Source: an uncultured Candidatus Peribacteria bacterium (GTDB lineage Bacteria > Patescibacteriota > Gracilibacteria > Peribacterales > Peribacteraceae). Taken from it: a stretch of DNA of 57,899 nucleotides. The position numbers and the translations under genes were made by a program. Every line of letters begins with the position of its first letter. Position 1 is the stretch's first letter. The stretch covers positions 1 to 57,899 of the forward strand of contig CAZYAK010000003.1 in NCBI GenBank assembly GCA_964645935.1. Direction: 5' to 3'. Shown piece by piece: positions 35,831 through 42,569 of this stretch. The notes under the pieces are model-generated. The model made no database searches, was not told where the DNA came from, and worked only from the letters and a program-made list of their open reading frames with translations.

Positions 35831-36552
35831 CGAAGCACCAGCAACGGAAACACGACGACCGCGTTGAGGATGCGGCCGATCCTTCGCGGTTCCTGGATCA
35901 CCCGCCACAGCCACTCCAGATGCAGACGACGAAGCCACGACGGCGCCCTCACCTGCACGCGAGAGAGGAAATCAAACGTGCCACCCACTCCCATTGCCAC
36001 GCGCACCGTGGGCAGGAGCGGCAGCTGCTCCGTGATCCACAGGTCCTGCGCAGGAGCCCCAAACGCCACCAGCAGCAGCCGCGGTCCGGCAGCGGCAATA
36101 CGTTTGCGGATCTCCGGCGCATCCTCCGGGCGTGGTGATCCTGCGTACGTTCCGGCCACCACGAGCTTGGGGTTCTGGGCATGCAACGCGGCGGCGGCGC
36201 GCTCGGCCACTCCCGGCGCGGCGCCCAAGAGGAACACTGGGCACGCCCCATCGAGCGTCGCACACACCGCCTGCACTGTGTCCACGCCCGTTACCCGCGC
36301 GGGGAGATGCTGGCCCGTCAGACGCGCGGCGAAGAGGAGCCCCGCGCTGTCGGGCAGAGCGAGGTCGGCGGTCTGGAGGGTCTCGCGGAACGCGGCGCTC
36401 TTGGCCGACGCCACGAGCATCTCGCTGTTGGGCGTCACCACGTGTCGACGCCCGGGCGTCTCCAGGAACTCCCGGATGCGCGCCACACCCTCGGCGGCCG
36501 TGACGGCGTCGATGGGGACTCCAAGGAGAAGGACCGTCCGGCGGGTGGACAT
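35788..36552 (-). CDS. WecB/TagA/CpsF-family glycosyltransferase
   Basis: LLGVPIDAVT..., VVTPNSEMLV, LPDSAGLL, FLLGAAPGV and ...FGAPAQDLWI are typical of the family. Start at MSTRRT; the ORF extension to 37236 is rejected. Confidence 0.8.
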   Translation of the reverse strand: MSTRRTVLLLGVPIDAVTAAEGVARIREFLETPGRRHVVTPNSEMLVASAKSAAFRETLQTADLALPDSAGLLFAARLTGQHLPARVTGVDTVQAVCATLDGACPVFLLGAAPGVAERAAAALHAQNPKLVVAGTYAGSPRPEDAPEIRKRIAAAGPRLLLVAFGAPAQDLWITEQLPLLPTVRVAMGVGGTFDFLSRVQVRAPSWLRRLHLEWLWRVIQEPRRIGRILNAVVVFPLLVLRHGRAAPVPMGGPS

Positions 36553-36593
36553 GAGGGAATCGTAGCATGGGACGAGGCTTGGCAGCCGCAACC

Positions 36594-36873
36594 AGACACA
36601 CACAAACGCCCAGCCACACTGGTCCCACGGTGCGAACTGGCAAGGGAAACGGCTGCGCTGATCGCCGCCCGCAGGTCGAAGACCTGCGGCTGGGGTATAG
36701 GGAGGGCTGACCCGGGAGGGAACGATCGGAATGTGTGTTGTCCGGTCGATGCCGGATTGATCGCCACCCGCGGGGCGGGACCCCCGCGGCTGGGTATAGG
36801 GGGTAGCGCGCTTTTCCAGCCGTGCAGCGAGAAAACCGAATCGAACTATCCCCGTCTCTCCGCTGACACGTTT
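36594..36873 (+). repeat. mosaic of repeat modules, copy C (ACACACA/CACTGGTCCC module, then two TGATCGCC-hairpin modules)
   Basis: 36594-36642 is homologous to 325-377. 36658-36703 is homologous to the reverse complement of 260-313. 36751-36873 is homologous to 27435-27576. Confidence 0.75.
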
Positions 36874-36898
36874 CCCCCGACCCGCTACTCTACGCCGG

Positions 36899-37687
36899 AT
36901 GACCCCCCGCCTCGCCCTCCTCGCCCTCATACTTGCCCTGCCCCTCGCGGCCTGCGACGCGCTCCTAAACGAGGACGCGATGAACGACCTGGTTCCCTCG
37001 GTTTCGGAAATCGCAGTCTCCTCGGCCACCGCTTCGTCGGAGGCTCCGTTGCCGCCGGAGGATCCCACGGCGCCCTTGGAATCAGGCGACGTGTCGGTGA
37101 CGGCGTCAGGGTCAGCGGCGGTCGCGGCCATGCCCCCGGAGGATCCCGGCTTCGCAGACGACGAGCGCGTACTCGACAGCGGAGTGCTGCAACTGGGCGA
37201 CGTGAACGCGCCAGTACTCGTGACCGTGTACATCAACCACGCGTCGCCCTACAGCCGCGCCTTCACCGACGACTACCTGCCCAAGCTCCTGGCCGGATTC
37301 GTGCGCCGGGGCGAACTCAAACTCACCATTGTGTCGATACCGTTCCAGAAGTACCCCAACTCTCGCGCCGAGGCCGCCGGCCTCCTCTGTGCCGCGCGGC
37401 AGGGCAAGGGCCTCGCCATGCACCGCGCGCTTGCAGCACTTTCCGTGCGCACGGATGCGAGTATGCGCACGGCCGCGACGGACCTGGCGGTGGACCCCGC
37501 CGCCTTTGACGCGTGTCTCCGGGACCCCGCCACCTCAACCGCCATAGACGAGCAGGCAAGTCTAGCAGCCAGTAACGGCGCAACGCTCGTGCCGTCCTTT
37601 GATTTCGACGCCGAGACCGAGATGGTGCAGGGGCTGATGGACTACCCGGACCTGCGCGGACGGATCGAGCGGACGCTCCGGCACTGA
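36899..37687 (+). CDS. DsbA-like thioredoxin-fold lipoprotein with SPYS in place of CxxC
   Basis: Lipobox LALPLAAC. VLVTVYINHASPYSRAF aligns with the DsbA-family F/D-x-C-P-x-C-x-x-F site. Confidence 0.6.
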   Translation: MTPRLALLALILALPLAACDALLNEDAMNDLVPSVSEIAVSSATASSEAPLPPEDPTAPLESGDVSVTASGSAAVAAMPPEDPGFADDERVLDSGVLQLGDVNAPVLVTVYINHASPYSRAFTDDYLPKLLAGFVRRGELKLTIVSIPFQKYPNSRAEAAGLLCAARQGKGLAMHRALAALSVRTDASMRTAATDLAVDPAAFDACLRDPATSTAIDEQASLAASNGATLVPSFDFDAETEMVQGLMDYPDLRGRIERTLRH

Positions 37688-37812
37688 GCGGGGCTTCCCG
37701 CGCAAGTACCGCCACGACACAACGCGTGGTTCCGCGTAGGCGGAAGATGCTGCGAAGTAAGAAATGTAGCAGATAGTCGTCTTCCAACAGTCCCCTTCCC
37801 CAAGACACCCGT

Positions 37813-38487
37813 ATGAAGACCCATTTTGCCTTGTCCGCCGCCGTCGCTACGGTGTGCACCCTCGCGGTGAGCGCCACGGCGTTCGCGCAGCAGCAACCGT
37901 TCCGCAGGGATCCGTTCACGGACGTACCCTCCAGCAGCGCGCAGTCCGAGGCCATCGAGTACCTCCGCAAGGGCAACGTGCTCAAAGGCTACCCCGACGG
38001 CACCTTCCGCCCCGGGAAACAGATCACGCGCTCGGAGTTCATCTCGCTCCTTACCAACCCGTTCTTCCTGAGCGGCCGCGAGAACGACTGCCTCAAGGTG
38101 CACTTCTCCACCACGAGCAGCTCGGCCCGCGTGTTCTTCACCGATGTGCCCAAGGATTCGTGGTACGGCCAGGACGTGTGCGAGGGCATCGTGCACGGGA
38201 TCATCAACGGCTACCCCGACGGCACCTTCAAGCCCCAGCACTGGGTGAACTTCGTCGAGGCCGCCAAGATCACGGCCAACGTGCTGGCCATCGACGTCAC
38301 CACGGACCCTGCCGACGAGCGCTGGTTCGTCCCCTACGTGAAGTACGTGGCCAAGGTGAAGGCCATCCCCACGTCCATCAAGCGCTTCGACCAGGAGATC
38401 ACCCGCGGCGAGATGGCAGAGATGGTCTACCGCCTCAAGGTGGGCAACTCCACCAAGGCGAGCGCCTCCTTCGAGAGTCTCCGCTGA
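37813..38487 (+). CDS. secreted SLH-domain protein (3 SLH repeats)
   Basis: Signal peptide, then FTDVP...GYPDGTFRPGKQITRSEF, FTDVPKDSWYG...GYPDGTFKPQHWVNFVEAAK, and ...ITRGEMAEMVYRL. Confidence 0.85.
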   Translation: MKTHFALSAAVATVCTLAVSATAFAQQQPFRRDPFTDVPSSSAQSEAIEYLRKGNVLKGYPDGTFRPGKQITRSEFISLLTNPFFLSGRENDCLKVHFSTTSSSARVFFTDVPKDSWYGQDVCEGIVHGIINGYPDGTFKPQHWVNFVEAAKITANVLAIDVTTDPADERWFVPYVKYVAKVKAIPTSIKRFDQEITRGEMAEMVYRLKVGNSTKASASFESLR

Positions 38488-38507
38488 GCGGACGGTTCCG
38501 CAGTCAC

Positions 38508-38534
38508 GGCCCGGGGAGACCTGGGCCGTTTTTT
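38508..38534 (+). terminator. rho-independent terminator
   Basis: GGCCCGGGG-AGA-CCTGGGCC followed by T6. Confidence 0.75.
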
Positions 38535-38675
38535 GGTGTGCAGGAGGAAGGAACACCAGGGTGTCATGGTTCGACGGGCTCACCATGACAGGTGGGGCTC
38601 GTTCATCATGAAACAGCCACCAGGAAAGCATGTCACGCTGAACCCGTCGAAGCGCGACATGCGGCCCCGAAGCCC

Positions 38676-38957
38676 TCACCCGGGCCGCACCCGCACCACC
38701 TTCTTCCTCCCCGTCTGCCCCACCACAATCTCCACGCAGGCGCGCGGCACGCTGAGCGTTTCCGAAAGGAACGTGACGAGTTCCTCGTTGGCCTTTCCAT
38801 CCTCCGGCGCGGCTGCGAGGTCGATCTTCCAGGTGCCGTCGGCCATGACGGAACGGAAGCGCGTCTTGGCCGCCCCCGGGTGCGCGCGCACGGAGAGCGT
38901 GACGCTCTCCCCCGCCGCGAGCGCGGAGCGCGCGGCGGCGACATGCCCGTCGGTCAT
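38676..38957 (-). CDS. DUF167/YggU-family protein
   Basis: ...KIDLAAAPEDGKANEELVTFLSETLSVPRACVEIVVGQTGRKKVVRV is the typical YggU pattern. Start at MTDGHV, overlapping the upstream stop. Confidence 0.75.
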   Translation of the reverse strand: MTDGHVAAARSALAAGESVTLSVRAHPGAAKTRFRSVMADGTWKIDLAAAPEDGKANEELVTFLSETLSVPRACVEIVVGQTGRKKVVRVRPG

Positions 38958-39364
38958 GCGGCAAACAGGACCATGGCGGCGAGCGCAAAAACCATCCCCA
39001 GCGCCTGCCGGGCCGTGGGCGTCTCGTGCAGGAACAGTGCCGCGAGGATGATGGTCACCACGGGATACAGCGCTGTGAGCGTCACCACCACCGACGCCGG
39101 CCCTCGGGCCAGCGCCGCAGCGTAGCAGGCCGTACCGAGCGTGACGCAGAGCCCCGAGAAGACGGCGAAGGCGATGCCCGCGGGCGGCGTGCCGATCTGA
39201 GCGGGCGCAAAGAGCAGCACGATCCCCAGCCCAATAGCCGAGCCAATCGTGCCGTAGATGAGGATGCCCTGCGTATTGAGGTGCCCCGCGGCCAGCTTGG
39301 TAAAGATGCCCCAAAAGCCCCACAACACGAGAGAGACGATTGAGAACACGATCCAAGGACGCAT
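38954..39364 (-). CDS. small EamA-like (DMT superfamily) membrane protein
   Basis: 136 aa with 4 TM segments and the EamA-type ending ...LFLHETPTARQALGMVFALAAMVLF. Confidence 0.65.
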   Translation of the reverse strand: MRPWIVFSIVSLVLWGFWGIFTKLAAGHLNTQGILIYGTIGSAIGLGIVLLFAPAQIGTPPAGIAFAVFSGLCVTLGTACYAAALARGPASVVVTLTALYPVVTIILAALFLHETPTARQALGMVFALAAMVLFAA

Positions 39365-39390
39365 GCGAGAATGCTACCCGAGACGCCACC

Positions 39391-40050
39391 TCAACGCACC
39401 TGCCCCTTGCGCCACTCCGCCACCTTGCCGTGGTGGCCGGAGAGCAGGACATCGGGGACGCGCATCCCGCGGAACTCCTCCGGGCGCGTGTAGTGGGGGT
39501 ACTCCTTGCGGCGCCCGAGTATTTTGGAAAAACTCTCTTCCTGCGCCGACTCTTCTTTTCCCAGCACGCCGGGCACGTGCCGCGCGACGGCGTCCAAGAG
39601 AACCATAGCGGGCAGCTCCCCGCCCGTGAGCACGTAGTCGCCGATGGAGACCTCCTCGTCGATCCACCCGTCGATGACACGCTGGTCCACGCCCTCGTAG
39701 CGGCCGCAGAGGAGCAGGAGCCACCCGTGCTTCTTGGCCATCCGCTCCACGCGCGTCTGCGTGAGCCGGTTGCCGCGCGGCGAGAGGTACACGCGGTGCG
39801 GCTTCTTGTCCGCGGGTCCGTCCGCGGACACCTTCTCGATGAGCTTCACCAGCGGTTCGCACATCATGAGCATGCCCGCTCCTCCGCCATACGGGCGGTC
39901 ATCCACCTGGCGGTGCGACCCCGTCCCGAACTCCCGCAGGTCGTGTACATGCACATCCAGGAGCGCCTTCTCCCGCGCCTTCTGCAGGATGCTCTCCGTG
40001 AGCGGGCCGTCGAACATGGCCGGGAAGAGTGTCAGGATGTCGATTCTCAT
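39391..40050 (-). CDS. trmD: tRNA (guanine37-N1)-methyltransferase
   Basis: MRIDILTLFPAMFDGPL..., DDRPYGGGAGMLM and SIGDYVLTGGELPAMVLLDAV. Confidence 0.95.
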   Translation of the reverse strand: MRIDILTLFPAMFDGPLTESILQKAREKALLDVHVHDLREFGTGSHRQVDDRPYGGGAGMLMMCEPLVKLIEKVSADGPADKKPHRVYLSPRGNRLTQTRVERMAKKHGWLLLLCGRYEGVDQRVIDGWIDEEVSIGDYVLTGGELPAMVLLDAVARHVPGVLGKEESAQEESFSKILGRRKEYPHYTRPEEFRGMRVPDVLLSGHHGKVAEWRKGQVR

Positions 40051-40126
40051 GGAATGGAAGAAAGGATGCCTGCCCGGCGGAGCTCCGGCAGGAGCAGAGT
40101 CGGGTCGATGCGCATGCGCCCAGCAT

Positions 40127-40161
40127 ACGCGAAAGCCGCCACGGGAGGAGCCGTGGCGGCG
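40127..40161 (-). terminator. 35-nt hairpin module, copy 1 (terminator of the 40175 gene)
   Basis: Minus strand: GCCGCCACGG-CUCCUC-CCGUGGCGGC-UUUCGCGU. Identical 35-mer at 40705-40739. Confidence 0.6.
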
Positions 40162-40174
40162 GATGTCGGAAGCG

Positions 40175-40483
40175 CTAGGCCTCCGGCGGGGAGGAGAGAC
40201 GGATAACGTCGCCCGTCAACGTGACGGTGAGGACGTCATCCAGGCTGAACAACGCTCCCCTGAAGGGCGCCAGACGCCGTCCGTCCGGCAGGACGAGCGC
40301 GGCGACCTCGAGCCAGACCAGGCTCGAGAGCCCGGTCCTGTGGTGCTCAGACAGGATTTTGCGCTGCACCAGCCCGCTTTCAACCCATTCCATCTCCCAC
40401 ACTCCCCACGGGCGATGGAAGAGACTCAGTTCCCCCTCGAATGGAAGTATCTCCCCAACCGACGTCTTCCAGGTCTCGATCAT
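40175..40483 (-). CDS. hypothetical protein (102 aa)
   Basis: ORF trimmed to MIETWKTS, with GGGAGG 6 nt upstream of the ATG. Confidence 0.6.
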   Translation of the reverse strand: MIETWKTSVGEILPFEGELSLFHRPWGVWEMEWVESGLVQRKILSEHHRTGLSSLVWLEVAALVLPDGRRLAPFRGALFSLDDVLTVTLTGDVIRLSSPPEA

Positions 40484-40670
40484 CGGACACCTCCCACGGC
40501 ACCCGCGCTCGCCCTCCTGCGGCGAGCTGTTACCGCCTCGGGTCAACGGACGCCCGGCCGCGACGTGCGGCAAGGCCCCTCGGTGAGCGAGGGTGGATGG
40601 GAGGTCGGTTCCAAGGAGCGGACACCCAGTATCGCTGCAGCGGCACGGCGGACAACCGATCTGGCCGCGC
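40484..40670 (-). promoter_or_regulatory. structured 5' leader, copy 1 (riboswitch/attenuator candidate)
   Basis: Shares a 30-nt identical box (40489-40518 = 41411-41440) and a 20-nt box (40585-40604 ~ 41510-41529) with the leader of the 41407 gene. The boxes are mutually complementary and sequester GGGAGG. Confidence 0.55.
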
Positions 40671-40704
40671 TTCCAGGAAGACGCGAAACACCGGGAATCC
40701 GCGC

Positions 40705-40739
40705 ACGCGAAAGCCGCCACGGGAGGAGCCGTGGCGGCG
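40705..40739 (-). terminator. 35-nt hairpin module, copy 2 (terminator of the 40766 gene)
   Basis: Identical to 40127-40161. Confidence 0.6.
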
Positions 40740-40765
40740 CGCCGGAAACCCCGGGGGGCCTCCGG

Positions 40766-41407
40766 TCAGAGGGTCAGGACCAGTGTCTGGCCGCCGCGTT
40801 CGGCGACCCAGAGCTTGGGCATCTGGCTCGGATCGAGCGGGGACGGGTCCAGGAACACCAGGCCGTCGAACGACGGCACCAGAGTTCCGTTGGGGAGAAC
40901 CAGGTCGTCTCGCACATGCATGGGCAGCTGGGACACGGCGACCCATGACGAGTGTGACTCACCCCGACGGATGAAGTACGCCACCCAGCCACCTCGATAC
41001 ATGAACAGACGCACGCCGCTCTTGGGTTCGAGGGCCTCGTGCAGGCGTTCGTGTGTCCAGGCCGTAAGATGGCCTGACGTACCCACAGACGCATGGGCAG
41101 GGAAGACGTGCGTGCGGCCGCCAGCGTCCGCAACCCAGACGACTCCCCCGACATCTGGATCGGCGATGATGACGCCCGTGAAGGGCTCCATCACGCATGC
41201 TCCTAACACGAGCAGGTTACCCTCGGAGACGAGAACGGGGTGGTGGTGCGCCAGCCGGTGGTGCGAGCCACCCGTGACGATGGTTTCGGGTCGGTACAAC
41301 ACCGACCAGTCCCCTCTGTACTCGTCTTCCGGTGCGAGGATGACTCCGGGGTCGCGCAGCTGGTGCGCGACACGTTCGTTCGATTCCCAGAAACTGATAC
41401 TGGACAT
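40766..41407 (-). CDS. hypothetical protein (213 aa), His-rich N-terminal part
   Basis: ORF trimmed to MSSISFWES, with GGGAGG 4 nt upstream of the ATG. Confidence 0.6.
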   Translation of the reverse strand: MSSISFWESNERVAHQLRDPGVILAPEDEYRGDWSVLYRPETIVTGGSHHRLAHHHPVLVSEGNLLVLGACVMEPFTGVIIADPDVGGVVWVADAGGRTHVFPAHASVGTSGHLTAWTHERLHEALEPKSGVRLFMYRGGWVAYFIRRGESHSSWVAVSQLPMHVRDDLVLPNGTLVPSFDGLVFLDPSPLDPSQMPKLWVAERGGQTLVLTL

Positions 41408-41651
41408 GGTACCTCCCACGGCACCCGCGCTCGCCCTCCTCGGCGAACAGGTATGCCGCGAAGTGAAGCGTGGACCCAACCGCGGAGCGCGGCCAGACCC
41501 CCTCGCGATGAGCGAGGGTGGGTGGGAGGAAATGCCAAAGAGCGGCCGATCAGTGTGCCAGGGCCACCCGCGGACGCAAGTGCAGGGGTGTGGCAACCAG
41601 CGTGTGCGCCAGTTATGTTGTGGCTCATCCCCCCCACGCGGGACAACCGGC
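41408..41651 (-). promoter_or_regulatory. structured 5' leader, copy 2 (riboswitch/attenuator candidate)
   Basis: See copy 1. It fills the whole korB-to-ORF spacer. Confidence 0.55.
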
Positions 41652-42569
41652 TCAGATGAAGTCCTTCCAGAGCCCGCTCACGTCCACCCGCTCCACCTCC
41701 TCCACGGCGGTGGTCTCCCTCCCTTTCCGGGGCTCTAAGCGATCGTAGAAGCTGGGGACATCCGTGCGGCGGTAGAGGACACCGGTGGCGATGCGCTCGG
41801 AGACGTCCAAGGTGAGCGCGCGGGCCTTCTGGATATCGCAGGCCGGATCGTGGCCCTCCGCGTTGGCGTCGTAGCACTTGGCCAGGAGGTACTCGTGCGT
41901 GGCGAAGCGGTTGTAGGTGGGGCAAGCCTGCAGGACGTCCACGAACGCGAAACCGTGCTGCTGGTGGAGGATGGCCTGCTTGAAGAGCTGCGTGAGCTGC
42001 ACAATGTCGCCCGAGAACCCGCGCGCCACGAACGTGGGCTCCAGCGAGTACACGAAATCCATGGAGTTGATGGTGTGCTCGGGGATGCCGTTGGGAGAGG
42101 AGTTCATGGGCTGGCCCTGCCAGGTCAGCGAGCTAGCCTGGCCCGTGGTGAGCCCGTAGTTGGCGTTGTTGTGGAGAACGAACGTGATGGGGTAGTTGCT
42201 GCGGATGCTATGGACGAGATGACCCACACCCTCCGAGAAGCTGGCGCCGTCGCCGCCAAAGGCGATGACGGGCAAGCGCGGGTTGGCGAGCTTCGCACCG
42301 GCGGCGAAGGGCAGCACGCGGCCGTGCAGTCCGTGGAAGCGGTACCCCTTGAGTTTGTCCGAACCGTTGCCATGGCAGCCCACGTCGTAGCAGAGCAAGG
42401 CCTGCCACGGGGCGATGTTTAGCTCCACAAGTGCGCGCTTGATGGCCGTCCAGATGCCGTAGTCGCCGCAGCCGTCACACCACGTACACCTGTTCGCGCA
42501 GGCGTACTGCCCCATGGTGGGAGCCTGTGTGGAGTCTGCCGAGGGATCAATGTGGAGGGGAATGCTCAT
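41652..42569 (-). CDS. korB: 2-oxoacid:ferredoxin oxidoreductase, beta (TPP-binding) subunit
   Basis: CDGCGDYGI, GCHGNGS and AFGGDGASFSEGVGHL TPP motif. Start at MSIPLH, overlapping the alpha stop (ATGA). Confidence 0.9.
   Translation of the reverse strand: MSIPLHIDPSADSTQAPTMGQYACANRCTWCDGCGDYGIWTAIKRALVELNIAPWQALLCYDVGCHGNGSDKLKGYRFHGLHGRVLPFAAGAKLANPRLPVIAFGGDGASFSEGVGHLVHSIRSNYPITFVLHNNANYGLTTGQASSLTWQGQPMNSSPNGIPEHTINSMDFVYSLEPTFVARGFSGDIVQLTQLFKQAILHQQHGFAFVDVLQACPTYNRFATHEYLLAKCYDANAEGHDPACDIQKARALTLDVSERIATGVLYRRTDVPSFYDRLEPRKGRETTAVEEVERVDVSGLWKDFI

Noticed and set aside
36553-37236. N-terminal extension of the 482-aa minus-strand ORF 35788..37236
   Set aside because: The extension crosses the repeat mosaic (36594-36873) and runs antisense to the DsbA-like gene. 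The TagA-family homology starts at MSTRRT (36552).
40484-40610. Assignment of the twin leaders to a known riboswitch class (glycine via CACCGAGGGG, THF via GAGCGCGG, SAM-IV via GGGUGCC, guanidine-II via an ACG loop)
   Set aside because: Each resemblance covers a single short element. The other invariant elements of those classes (for example GGAGAG for glycine, GAGUAG for THF, paired ACGR tetraloops for guanidine-II) are absent. The leaders are left as unclassified.
40127-41651. Leader-ORF-hairpin units as integron gene cassettes
   Set aside because: There is no intI and no attC-type imperfect repeats with GTTRRRY cores. Each unit also carries its own long 5' leader, unlike promoterless integron cassettes.
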